From positions 2,104 to 66,103 of the forward strand of contig CACOPK010000005.1 of assembly GCA_902629075.1 (NCBI GenBank): a stretch of 64,000 nt of DNA, given 5' to 3'. Each line of letters starts with the position of its first letter. The first letter of the stretch is position 1. The position numbers were made by a program, and so were the translations under genes. This DNA is from an uncultured Pelagibacteraceae bacterium (GTDB taxonomy: Bacteria > Pseudomonadota > Alphaproteobacteria > Pelagibacterales > Pelagibacteraceae). The notes under the pieces were generated by a model. That model ran no database searches. It saw nothing but the letters and a program-made list of their open reading frames with translations, and was not told where the DNA came from. Of this stretch, positions 37,966-47,251 are shown piece after piece.

Positions 37966-38878
37966 AATATTAGCTATTCAAGGGGATAATTTAAAAAAAC
38001 TTAATTATAAAAACGATACAACAATCTTTTTAGCAATCGAAGCCCAAAAACTGGGATCTAAAATTTTCTATTACGAACCAAAAAATATATTTATTAAGAA
38101 TAATCAAATATATGCAGTCGGAAACTTTATAAAACTTTATGATCAAAAAAAGTTTTATAAATTACTTAGTAAAAAAACAATCAATTTAGAAAAGTCTAGT
38201 TATTTACTAGTAAGACAGGACCCTCCATTTAATATGAATTATATAACGAATACCTATTTTTTAGATAGGTTAAAAAGTGTTAAAATCATAAATAATCCAA
38301 CATCAATTAGAAACGTATCAGAAAAACTATATTCTTATGAATTTAAAAAATATATGCCTCCAACTATCTTTTCATCAAGAAGTTTAGATATAATTAATTT
38401 TATAAAACAAAATAAATTGTCAGTTATGAAGCCAATCAATGGCCATAGCGGCAACAATATAAAACTTTTAAAAGGGAGGATAAATAAAGCTTTTTTAAAT
38501 ACATATTTAAAGAAACATGGGTATGTTATGTGCCAAAAGTTTTTACCTGGAATTGTAAATGGAGATAAAAGAGTGTTTATATTAAATGGCAAAGTTGTAG
38601 GATCTTTTTCTAGAATACCAAAAAAAGGCTCTTTTTTAAGCAATTTAAGTAAAGGTGGAACAGTTGGTTCTTCAAAACTCACAATAAAAGAAAAAATGAT
38701 TTCAAATTTAATTGCAAAAAAATTAAAAAAAGATGGAATTTATTTTGCAGGAATAGACTTTATATCAGAAAAACTGAATGGAGATATAAATGTTACTTCT
38801 CCAACTGGATTAAAAAATTATTTTAATTTAACTGGTATAAATCTAGCAAAAACTTTTTGGAAAGAAATAAGATCATGA
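37955..38878 (+). CDS. gshB: Glutathione synthetase
   Basis: RQDPPFNMNY, NNP..IRN.SEKL, GDKRV, INVTSPTG. Confidence 0.9.
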   Translation: MKNKILAIQGDNLKKLNYKNDTTIFLAIEAQKLGSKIFYYEPKNIFIKNNQIYAVGNFIKLYDQKKFYKLLSKKTINLEKSSYLLVRQDPPFNMNYITNTYFLDRLKSVKIINNPTSIRNVSEKLYSYEFKKYMPPTIFSSRSLDIINFIKQNKLSVMKPINGHSGNNIKLLKGRINKAFLNTYLKKHGYVMCQKFLPGIVNGDKRVFILNGKVVGSFSRIPKKGSFLSNLSKGGTVGSSKLTIKEKMISNLIAKKLKKDGIYFAGIDFISEKLNGDINVTSPTGLKNYFNLTGINLAKTFWKEIRS

Positions 38879-39750
38879 ATAATTTAACAAACCAACAAAA
38901 AGGTTCGTTAATGGCATTTGTAGCTGTGATGTTTATTACGCCTGACTCTCTTTTTATAAGACTTTCAAATTTAGAAACTTGGGGATTAGTTTTTTATAGA
39001 GGTGCGATACCTTTTGTTGTGGTTTTAATTGGAATGTTAATTATTTATAAATTAAATTTTTTTAAACTACTTTTAGGTAATTCTATTTATGGTGTAGGTT
39101 ATGTAATTACTTTTTCTTTAACCAACATTACTTTTGTTTTGTCTATTCAAAATACAAATGTTGCAAATACTTTAGTTATGATTGCGTTAGCCCCGATGCT
39201 TTCAGCAATATTTGGAACTATATTTTTAAAAGAAAGGCCAGATAGAAATACAATCATTGCAATAGTCATCACTTTTCTGAGCGTTCTTTATATTTTTTAT
39301 GACTCTCTTAAAGTTGGAAATATTTTAGGAGATGTATTAGGTTTCGTTACTGCAGCGGGTCTAGCAGCAGGCGCAACTATTATTAGAGCTGGTAAGGAAG
39401 TTAATCTTGTTCCTTCTGCTGTAGTAGGAAAATTGGTAGTGGCAGTTGTAGCTTTATTCTTTATTGATAGTTTTGAGCTAAAAAACAATGACATCTATAT
39501 AATTCCAGCTATGTGTATATTGTGTGTAGCTATTCCATTTGTTTTGGTAACCATGGCGCCAAGGTATATTACTGGTGCAGAGGTTAATTTGTTCTTTCTA
39601 TTAGAAACAATATTTGGACCAGTTTGGGTTTGGTTTGTTATTAAGGAACAACCTTCTTTAGAAACTATTCAAGGTGGAGCCATAATCATTTTAACTATTG
39701 CAATTCACTCCTTCTTAGCCATTAAAAAAACACAATTAAAAACTACTTAG
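38875..39750 (+). CDS. DMT/EamA family transporter
   Basis: About 10 TM segments, LLETIFGPVWVW..E.P; ATGA overlap with the gshB stop. Confidence 0.88.
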   Translation: MNNLTNQQKGSLMAFVAVMFITPDSLFIRLSNLETWGLVFYRGAIPFVVVLIGMLIIYKLNFFKLLLGNSIYGVGYVITFSLTNITFVLSIQNTNVANTLVMIALAPMLSAIFGTIFLKERPDRNTIIAIVITFLSVLYIFYDSLKVGNILGDVLGFVTAAGLAAGATIIRAGKEVNLVPSAVVGKLVVAVVALFFIDSFELKNNDIYIIPAMCILCVAIPFVLVTMAPRYITGAEVNLFFLLETIFGPVWVWFVIKEQPSLETIQGGAIIILTIAIHSFLAIKKTQLKTT

Positions 39751-39767
39751 CGCTCCAATAAGTTTAA

Positions 39768-41057
39768 ATGCAAAAAGAAGTAAAAAAATCTTGGGCTCTA
39801 TTCCTTGGTATAGGAACAATGATGATAGCACATGGTCTACAAATGCAGATCATGGGTATAAGATCAGTATTAGAAGATTTTAGTGTGTTAACTACAGGTA
39901 TTTTTATGTCAGGATATTATGTTGGATATTTTGTAGGATCTAAAACAACTCCCAATTTAGTACAAAAAGTTGGTCACATAAGAGTGTTTGCTGCGTTTGC
40001 TTCATTAGCATCACTCAGTGCTTTAGTGGCTGTGGCATATGTAAATCCTGTTATGTGGACATTAAGTAGATTCATTACAGGTATTAGTTTAGTAAGTTGC
40101 TATGTTGTTTCTGAAAGTTGGCTAAATGACAGAGCAACAAATAAAAATAGAGGACAGCTTTTATCTGCTTATATGATTGTACTTTACTTTGGTCTAGCAG
40201 TTGGAATGCTATTATTAAATATAAGTGAGCCAAAGGCATACGAACCATTTATTTTAGTTTCGGTGTTGCTATCTTTGGCACTTGTTCCTATACTTTTAAC
40301 AAAAAGACCTGCTCCAAAATTTAAGAAAATTGGAACAATAAGTGTTAAAGAATTATTTGAAATTTCGCCTTTAGGAACTGTAAGTTCTTTTTTAACTGGA
40401 GTTATACATGCTGCGTTCTTCTCTTTAATATCTGTCTATGCAACAAAAGCAGGTTTAACACTTTTTGAAACCTCAATACTTTTATTTATAGCAACTATTT
40501 CGGGAGTATTTGGACAGGGGCCAATTGGATATTTTTCAGATATATATGATAGAAGAAAGGTAATTGTTATAGTTACATTTGCAAGTTCGACTTTGGCGTT
40601 TTTATCAATATTATCCTCTAGTGATCCTTTGCAAAACACTTATTATATGAATGAATTTGCATTTAAAAAAATATTGTTTTTTTTATTTGTTGGAGCTTAT
40701 ACCTCTCTATGTCTGCCTCTATTTTCACTAAATCTTGCTCACACTAACGATTTTGTTCCTAAAGAAAAATTTGTCGCTGCAGGAGGTGGCCTTCAATTAA
40801 TTTTTGGAATAGGAGCTATCAGTGGACCTATAATTTGCTCTATCTTCATGGGATGGTTTGGACTTAATGGTTTTTTTGTTTTTTTATTATTAATTCACGC
40901 ATTAATTGGATTTTTTGGAATATACAGAATGAAAGTAAGAAAATCTGCTGAAAATCCTGACTCAACTTTTACACCAATGCCAGCAACAATTACGCCTGCA
41001 GGATTAGAATTGGATCCAGATACGCCGGAAACATTAGATAATCCTGATAATCGATAA
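39768..41057 (+). CDS. MFS transporter (YcaD-like)
   Basis: About 12 TM segments, VGHIRVFAAF, ESWLN, SDIYDRR. Confidence 0.88.
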   Translation: MQKEVKKSWALFLGIGTMMIAHGLQMQIMGIRSVLEDFSVLTTGIFMSGYYVGYFVGSKTTPNLVQKVGHIRVFAAFASLASLSALVAVAYVNPVMWTLSRFITGISLVSCYVVSESWLNDRATNKNRGQLLSAYMIVLYFGLAVGMLLLNISEPKAYEPFILVSVLLSLALVPILLTKRPAPKFKKIGTISVKELFEISPLGTVSSFLTGVIHAAFFSLISVYATKAGLTLFETSILLFIATISGVFGQGPIGYFSDIYDRRKVIVIVTFASSTLAFLSILSSSDPLQNTYYMNEFAFKKILFFLFVGAYTSLCLPLFSLNLAHTNDFVPKEKFVAAGGGLQLIFGIGAISGPIICSIFMGWFGLNGFFVFLLLIHALIGFFGIYRMKVRKSAENPDSTFTPMPATITPAGLELDPDTPETLDNPDNR

Positions 41058-41163
41058 GACAATTTTTAGTTGAACTCAAAATAAACATAGTAAAAAAAAA
41101 TTATCAAAAGCATCATTGAAATATTTTAAATTCTTTGGTCAAATAAAAAATATAAAAATTAAA

Positions 41164-41874
41164 ATGACTAAAGCTAAGAAAATTAAAAATAAAAATAACT
41201 CGAGTAATTCTATATTTTCCTCAAAAAATTTAAGGATTGTTTTAAATAATTATAAAAAAAATAAAGAACAAAAAAAAATTAAAGAAATAAAATTGAAAAA
41301 ACTTGCAGAGAGCAGCCAAATTATAAAAGATAGAAAAGAATTGAAATTATTTGAAGAAAAACTAATTAAAGAAAGTAATAAATTAAAAATTAAAGAAGAA
41401 GAGCTCAAATTAAAAGAAAAAGAATTAAAAATTAAAGAAGAAAATATAAAAATAGAAAATAAAAGGTTAATTAAAAAGGATGAAGATTTAGGTCAAATTG
41501 ACAAAGATTTAAGATTAAAAGAGAAAGAACAAAAACTAAAAAGTGATGAACAATTTAGGAAAGATATTGATTTAAAAGCTCGTGAAGAAGATCAAATTAA
41601 AAAAGAACTTAAGGAAAAAAGGAAAAAAGAAAAATTTTTGAAAGAAATGCTAATACAAGAGGAAGAGGAAAGAAGAATAGAAGCTATGAAATTAAAAGAA
41701 TGGGAAGAACAGTTTGATAGAGAGCAACAAATGAAAGAACGAAAAGAAATTCTTAAAGATGAGCGTCTAAAACAAAAAGAATTAAATCGCTTAAATACAA
41801 AAGATGAAAATTTAGGAAATGAATTAAGCACAAAACTTGAAAGTTTTGATGTGGACAAATCCTCAGAGCATTAA
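41164..41874 (+). CDS. Lys/Glu-rich coiled-coil hypothetical protein
   Basis: Long ORF with heptad repeats KLKIKEE/ELKLKEK/ELKIKEE; ATG at 41164 preferred. Confidence 0.7.
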   Translation: MTKAKKIKNKNNSSNSIFSSKNLRIVLNNYKKNKEQKKIKEIKLKKLAESSQIIKDRKELKLFEEKLIKESNKLKIKEEELKLKEKELKIKEENIKIENKRLIKKDEDLGQIDKDLRLKEKEQKLKSDEQFRKDIDLKAREEDQIKKELKEKRKKEKFLKEMLIQEEEERRIEAMKLKEWEEQFDREQQMKERKEILKDERLKQKELNRLNTKDENLGNELSTKLESFDVDKSSEH

Positions 41875-41878
41875 ATTT

Positions 41879-42106
41879 TTGAATCACGAAAACGCAAGCA
41901 AACTATGGAAAATTATTCAGGAGGCTGGCGATTATTTGCTTGGACAATTACCTGATCATCCAAATCATCCTAAAGGAAGAAATCCTTATGCGCATGTTGC
42001 GATTTGTATTAAAAATAAATTTAATGCGAGTTATAAAGATATTCCTGACAATAAATACAATGATGTTTTAGAATTTATAGATTTTTTGAAAAAAAATCCA
42101 AGTTAA
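41879..42106 (+). CDS. Small hypothetical protein with an ORF6C-like C-terminus
   Basis: LPDHPNHPKGRNPYAHVA..KFNASYKDIPD..VLEFI; TTG start 4 nt after the upstream stop is inferred. Confidence 0.65.
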   Translation: MNHENASKLWKIIQEAGDYLLGQLPDHPNHPKGRNPYAHVAICIKNKFNASYKDIPDNKYNDVLEFIDFLKKNPS

Positions 42107-42128
42107 TTTTAAAATTTTAATTTTAGTT

Positions 42129-42188
42129 TTACTGAAGGTAAGTGGTATATGCCCACGCAACCACTGCTAAAACAATTACTACTTCCAT
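42129..42188 (-). CDS. 19-aa single-TM microprotein MEVVIVLAVVAWAYTTYLQ (not in the ORF track)
   Basis: AAGGAG-ATATA-ATG ribosome-binding site, hydrophobic peptide, GC-richer than its flanks, 28 nt after the amidinotransferase stop. Confidence 0.6.
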   Translation of the reverse strand: MEVVIVLAVVAWAYTTYLQ

Positions 42189-42216
42189 TATATCTCCTTA
42201 TGATTCTATATTTATA

Positions 42217-43329
42217 TCATTGTTTAGGAAAATAATCATCTAATTTTCCATCTCTAAATACATCTGCTGTACAACAATGAAGACCTCCTCCAAAAGCGTA
42301 AGCATCTCTTAATTCAACAGGGATAACTTCCATACCTAATTTATCTAATTGCTCAGCCTGATAAATTTCACTTTTTTCAACACAAACAGTTTTAGGATCT
42401 AAAACTAAAACATTCATTGAAAGCCATACTGAAGAATAACAAAGTGGCGGTGGAGAATTATGTGCTGGTTGAGCTGAGTCTATAATTTTCCATCCATTGT
42501 CCTCAAATAATTTTCTTTGTTCTTGTGGAAGTCTTCTCTGAGGATTATTAATTATCAAACCTTCTTTAATTGGAGTAAAAGTAGCGTCAATATGAATAGG
42601 ATAGGGATCTCCTGGAAAATTAACTGCATGAACTCTATGATCTTTATAATGTCTTCTTATCCAATCAATACCTTTTAAGTTAGTAGTAAATCCATGTTGT
42701 ATAATTAAATCTTTTCCAAATCTCAAAATATCAGCTGCATCAAATAAAGGTTCTTCCTCTGTAGTTACAAAAAATTTTTTTTCTGTCCACTCTAATCTTT
42801 TTTGAACTCCAATCTTATCTGACAAATAATCTTTTCTATAATCATCATCAGTTAATCTTGGTTTTGGGGCTGATTCATGCCTCATATTAGGATCTTCATT
42901 ATAATATTTTTTTAACAAAGGCCGATAACATAAATATTCGAACCATCTGCAACGATAACTCATTGTGGCTTCTAAAATTTCATTTCCAACGGTCAAAAGA
43001 ACATCTCTAGGAGGCATACATCCAAACATTGTTTCTGTCGTCCAATCAGGCGTTGAAGTAGGTTGATTAAAATTTATCGGTGTTGGTCGATCTACTTTAA
43101 TTCCACGTTTTTCTAACATTGATGAAAAATTATCTAAAAGTTGATTTGCTTTATCGACTGTATCTTTTGTCCTTGGACCAAACGTGCCTCTCATATCAGA
43201 TTCTTCTGGGACTTTTGCATCCAATGCTGGCTCAGGAGCTGGAATACAAGTGCCATCAGCCCTTCCTACGATAACATGTTTTAATGGGTCCCATTCATTC
43301 CAGCTGTTTACTACTGTCTTTTTAGTCAT
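42217..43329 (-). CDS. Glycine amidinotransferase-like enzyme (AGAT/StrB1 family)
   Basis: NSWNEWDPL, PRD, EPLFDAAD, HIDAT, WLSMN, GGGLHC give the Asp-His-Cys triad. Confidence 0.9.
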   Translation of the reverse strand: MTKKTVVNSWNEWDPLKHVIVGRADGTCIPAPEPALDAKVPEESDMRGTFGPRTKDTVDKANQLLDNFSSMLEKRGIKVDRPTPINFNQPTSTPDWTTETMFGCMPPRDVLLTVGNEILEATMSYRCRWFEYLCYRPLLKKYYNEDPNMRHESAPKPRLTDDDYRKDYLSDKIGVQKRLEWTEKKFFVTTEEEPLFDAADILRFGKDLIIQHGFTTNLKGIDWIRRHYKDHRVHAVNFPGDPYPIHIDATFTPIKEGLIINNPQRRLPQEQRKLFEDNGWKIIDSAQPAHNSPPPLCYSSVWLSMNVLVLDPKTVCVEKSEIYQAEQLDKLGMEVIPVELRDAYAFGGGLHCCTADVFRDGKLDDYFPKQ

Positions 43330-44547
43330 TTAATTTTTAATTATATTTTTTTTAGGTCCTAATGGAAATTTACTTATATTTTCTGCGCTTTTCTCTTTTA
43401 TTACCATTATATCGTGCTCTCTATATCCGCCTGCCCCAGGTTTGCCCTCTGGTATCATTATCATAGGCTCCATTGATATCACCATATTTTTTTCTAGCAC
43501 AGTGTCTATATCTTCTCTTAACTCTAATCCAGATTCTCTTCCATAAAAATGTGAAAGCATTCCAAAAGAGTGTCCATATCCGAAAGTTCTGTATTGAAGA
43601 TATCCAAGTTGGGCAAATAAATCATTAAGTTCTTCACATATTTGAGAACACTTAACACCAGGCTTGATCAATTCTAAACCTCTTTGATGAACTTTAACGT
43701 TTGCTTCCCAGGCTTTTAATGATTCGTCATCAACTTCTTCAACAAATAAAGTTCTTTCAAGAGCCGTATAGTATCCGGATATCATAGGAAAAGTATTTAA
43801 AGATAAAATATCCCCTCTTCTTAAAATTCTATTTGTTTTTGGATTGTGCGCACCATCAGTGTTTATTCCTGATTGAAACCATACCCAAGTATCCATATAT
43901 TCTGCGTCTGGATAAGTATTTGCAATTTCTCGTTCCATTTTATCCCTTCCTGCAATTGCAATTTCTAGTTCGGTCTGTCCAGGCATTATATATTTTATCA
44001 TTTCTTCAGCTCCTAAATCAGCAATTCTTGCGCCATTTTTAATAATCTCTATCTCCTCGTCACTTTTGATCATTCGAAGTTTCATTAAATGATTTGCAAT
44101 GTTTCTAAATACAGCATCACTAAATATAACGTTTAATTTCTCTTTAATTTCAACAGTTATATGATCATTTTCAATTCCTATTGTTTTTGGAGGTTCTTTC
44201 CTGCCTATTATTGAAACTATTGCCTTTAAAAAATTGTCTTTTTTCCAATCAGTATAAATAATATTCTCGCAATGTGATCTTCTCCAAGGTTGGCTTGCAT
44301 CAATGTTTGCAGAGATTGTTACTATTTTTTCTTGTGTTACAACACATCCATAAGGTCGACCAAAAGAACAATAAATGAAACCTGTGTAATAAGCTACATT
44401 ATGCATCGAGGTCAGTATTGTCATATCAATACCTTGATTTAACATTACTTTTCTAAATTTTGATAATCTGTTTTGATATTCTTTATCCGTGAATGGTAAT
44501 TTTACTTTATTTCCATTTTTTAATTCAAAAAAATCTGGTCTTTCCAT
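43330..44547 (-). CDS. Creatinase (creatine amidinohydrolase)
   Basis: YCSFGRPY, MDTW.WFQSGINTDGAHNP, FPMI.GYYTALERTLF, YGHSFG.LSH.YGRE.GLELRED, GYREHD, as recalled for Pseudomonas creatinase. Confidence 0.93.
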   Translation of the reverse strand: MERPDFFELKNGNKVKLPFTDKEYQNRLSKFRKVMLNQGIDMTILTSMHNVAYYTGFIYCSFGRPYGCVVTQEKIVTISANIDASQPWRRSHCENIIYTDWKKDNFLKAIVSIIGRKEPPKTIGIENDHITVEIKEKLNVIFSDAVFRNIANHLMKLRMIKSDEEIEIIKNGARIADLGAEEMIKYIMPGQTELEIAIAGRDKMEREIANTYPDAEYMDTWVWFQSGINTDGAHNPKTNRILRRGDILSLNTFPMISGYYTALERTLFVEEVDDESLKAWEANVKVHQRGLELIKPGVKCSQICEELNDLFAQLGYLQYRTFGYGHSFGMLSHFYGRESGLELREDIDTVLEKNMVISMEPMIMIPEGKPGAGGYREHDIMVIKEKSAENISKFPLGPKKNIIKN

Positions 44548-44553
44548 TTTGTT

Positions 44554-45459
44554 TTAATTAAGTCCAATGAATCTTCTATTAGTTCGAATTATCAAACTAT
44601 AGTATACGATTGAAAGAAATATTAAAAATCCTCCAATTATAGTACTTTGTGATGGAATTTCGTTAATACCTAAAATTGGTATCCAAACCCAAAAAATACC
44701 TCCAATCACTTCTGTTAAAGATAAAAGAGTTAACTCAGCTGCTGGTATGTGCTTAGATCCAATAGAGTATAAAATCAATCCTAAACAAACAAGTGTACCA
44801 TGCGTTGCGAATAAAGCATGATTTTTTCCAGATGATAAAAAAGTTAAATCGTTAATTGTTAACATAAAAGCAGAGACTAAAGCACAAAACAATCCAGCAA
44901 CTGCGACTGTAGTAAATTTTGGTGTATCTTTTTTCCATCTTAATGTAACTGAAAAAACTGAAAAACCTATTGAAGAAATAATACCAAAAATGAATCCTAA
45001 AATAGTATTTTTTCCAGTATTATCAATTGCCATAACTAAAATTCCAATAGCTGCGATAGCAATAGCAACCCATACATTTATAGAAATTTCCTCTTTTAGA
45101 AACATAAAACCAAGCAACGCTGTTATAAAAGGCATAGCTGCAAGACAAAGAAGAGTTACAGCCGCAGAGGTATTAGTTATTGAGTAAATAAAAGTGATCA
45201 TTGCAATTCCGAGTCCTACACCTCCTACTAAACCTGAAATACCAATTTTTTTATAATTTTCAAAAAATTCATTTCCTTCTTCTAAATATAAAAATAAATT
45301 CAAAATCGTAAATATTACTATTCCTCGAGTAAATAAATATTGCCATGGAACTTGTTGAGCGTTATCAATATGTCTAACAACATAGGGTCCGAATGACCAT
45401 AAAAGACCAGCTATCAAAACAACAGGGATAGCAACCTTTGCATCTTTAATATCAAGCAT
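44554..45459 (-). CDS. DMT/EamA family transporter
   Basis: About 10 TM segments; ends 6 nt before the creatinase start. Confidence 0.87.
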   Translation of the reverse strand: MLDIKDAKVAIPVVLIAGLLWSFGPYVVRHIDNAQQVPWQYLFTRGIVIFTILNLFLYLEEGNEFFENYKKIGISGLVGGVGLGIAMITFIYSITNTSAAVTLLCLAAMPFITALLGFMFLKEEISINVWVAIAIAAIGILVMAIDNTGKNTILGFIFGIISSIGFSVFSVTLRWKKDTPKFTTVAVAGLFCALVSAFMLTINDLTFLSSGKNHALFATHGTLVCLGLILYSIGSKHIPAAELTLLSLTEVIGGIFWVWIPILGINEIPSQSTIIGGFLIFLSIVYYSLIIRTNRRFIGLN

Positions 45460-45510
45460 AACAATTTCTATTATTTATTAATTTTTTTAACAACAAAATT
45501 AATTTTTAGT

Positions 45511-46752
45511 TTATAAGAAATTTACACCAAAAGTTGTATGACAGTCTATGATATCCCCTTTTTTAAAAGTACTTTTACCATTTTTCAACTCCCCCCATAC
45601 ATTTGATGCTGCTAATGGTTTTATTTTGTAAGACTCTTGACCCTTAAAAATTCTAAATTCCAAAGATCCTTTTTTTGATACTTGAAGATCCCCTTTGATA
45701 AATCTCGTAAAATTTTTATTTTTATTGAATCCATTCATTAATTTTGCTCTTACAGATTCTGCACCTAAATATTTAATGGATTTAAAAATATAAGGTAAAA
45801 CAAAAAATCTAAAACATGCTGCAGTGGATACAGGATTGCCTGGCAAACCAAAAAAGGCTGTGTTGGTATTTAACTTAGAAAATAGAATTGGTTTACCAGG
45901 TCTGATTTTTGAATTTTTAAAATGAAATCTACTTTTATATTTATTGATTATATTTGGGACAAAGTCATATTTTCCTGCTGAAACTCCTCCGATAGTCATA
46001 ATTAAATCAATTTTATTTTTAATACTTTTTTTAAGTTCTTTATCAAATTGCTGTTCATCGTTATCTCTTAAAATTTTTTTTTCAATTATATCAATCGGTA
46101 AAATTTTTGAGAAAGTTTCAATGTATTTTCCATTTGAGTTTCGAACTTGCCAAGGAGAAATTTTTTTTTTATTGGTAATTTCATTTCCTGTTGGAAAAAA
46201 AATTACTTTTACTCTCTTTTTCACTTTAATTTTAGAAATGCCAAGTGTTTTTAAAACTAAAATATCTGAAGATTTTATTAAATCTCCTTCTTTTAAAATA
46301 ATATGCCCTCTTCTAAAATCACTACCTTTAAATCTTATATGATTAAATTTTTTAATTCTTTTATCTATTAAAAGATACTTTTCTTTATTTTGTATAATTA
46401 TGTTTGATTGTTCATAAGGGATAATGGTATCAAATGGTTTATTTATTATTGTACCTGTCATCACTTCTATACAGGAATTTTTTTTGATTTTTTTAATACT
46501 TGGATTATCACCTGCTGCAAAAGTTTTTAATATTTTAAACTTAATCTCATTTTTTTTATTTGCTTTAATAGTTTCTTTAGAATTTAAAGCAAAACCATCT
46601 AGAGCAGTATTGTTAGTTAATGGATAATTTAATTTACTATAAATATTTTCAGAACATATTCTATACAATGCATTCTTTAACAAGATTTTCTCTGATTTTA
46701 TTTTAAGCCTAGATTTGTAAAGTATATTTAAAGCTTTGTTGTAAGAAATCAT
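45511..46752 (-). CDS. moeA: Molybdopterin molybdotransferase
   Basis: ALDGFA, VMTG, TGNE, GGVSAG, RPGKP, GLPGNPVS. Confidence 0.88.
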   Translation of the reverse strand: MISYNKALNILYKSRLKIKSEKILLKNALYRICSENIYSKLNYPLTNNTALDGFALNSKETIKANKKNEIKFKILKTFAAGDNPSIKKIKKNSCIEVMTGTIINKPFDTIIPYEQSNIIIQNKEKYLLIDKRIKKFNHIRFKGSDFRRGHIILKEGDLIKSSDILVLKTLGISKIKVKKRVKVIFFPTGNEITNKKKISPWQVRNSNGKYIETFSKILPIDIIEKKILRDNDEQQFDKELKKSIKNKIDLIMTIGGVSAGKYDFVPNIINKYKSRFHFKNSKIRPGKPILFSKLNTNTAFFGLPGNPVSTAACFRFFVLPYIFKSIKYLGAESVRAKLMNGFNKNKNFTRFIKGDLQVSKKGSLEFRIFKGQESYKIKPLAASNVWGELKNGKSTFKKGDIIDCHTTFGVNFL

Positions 46753-46843
46753 TTTAAATTTTTTATTTTTTCATTGATTAAATATTGCGCTATTTTAAAA
46801 TAAATATAAAACAATTATAATTTTTTTTCAAAAAAATATTTTG

Positions 46844-47251
46844 ATGGATCTACAAATAATCAATATTGCTGCTAATACAAAAAACGATAAAAAAATTAAA
46901 AATTTTACTCATAAAGCAAAATACAAAAATAGCTTATGTGGTGATCAAATAGAAATTCGTTTAATTGTGAAGAAAAATAAAATTTTTGATATAGGTTATC
47001 AAAGTCAGGCCTGCATTTATTGCCAAGCTTCTGCGAGTATTTTATCTAGATTATCGATGAATAAAAATTTAATAAACATTAATAAGCTTATAAATGAAGT
47101 TTTAGAGTATTTTAATCGTAAGAATCATTTTTTGTCTAAAGATACAAAAAGGCTCAAAAATATTTTAAATAAGGAAAATCATTCAAGAAAAAATTGCATT
47201 TTATTACCTTTCAAAGCACTAAAAAAAGCATTAAGAGCAAGCTATGAATAG
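46844..47251 (+). CDS. IscU/NifU-N-like Fe-S scaffold or sulfur-acceptor protein
   Basis: NSLCGD, ACIYCQASAS, RKNCILLP. Confidence 0.78.
   Translation: MDLQIINIAANTKNDKKIKNFTHKAKYKNSLCGDQIEIRLIVKKNKIFDIGYQSQACIYCQASASILSRLSMNKNLININKLINEVLEYFNRKNHFLSKDTKRLKNILNKENHSRKNCILLPFKALKKALRASYE

Noticed and set aside
41370-41450. Repeated AAATTAAAA..GAAGAA units as a CRISPR array or VNTR
   Set aside because: They are degenerate in-frame coiled-coil heptads with no unique spacers and no cas genes nearby.
42217-43329. Amidinotransferase as evidence of a toxin or antibiotic cluster (saxitoxin, cylindrospermopsin, streptomycin)
   Set aside because: No PKS, NRPS or tailoring genes in the window; the neighbours are catabolic.
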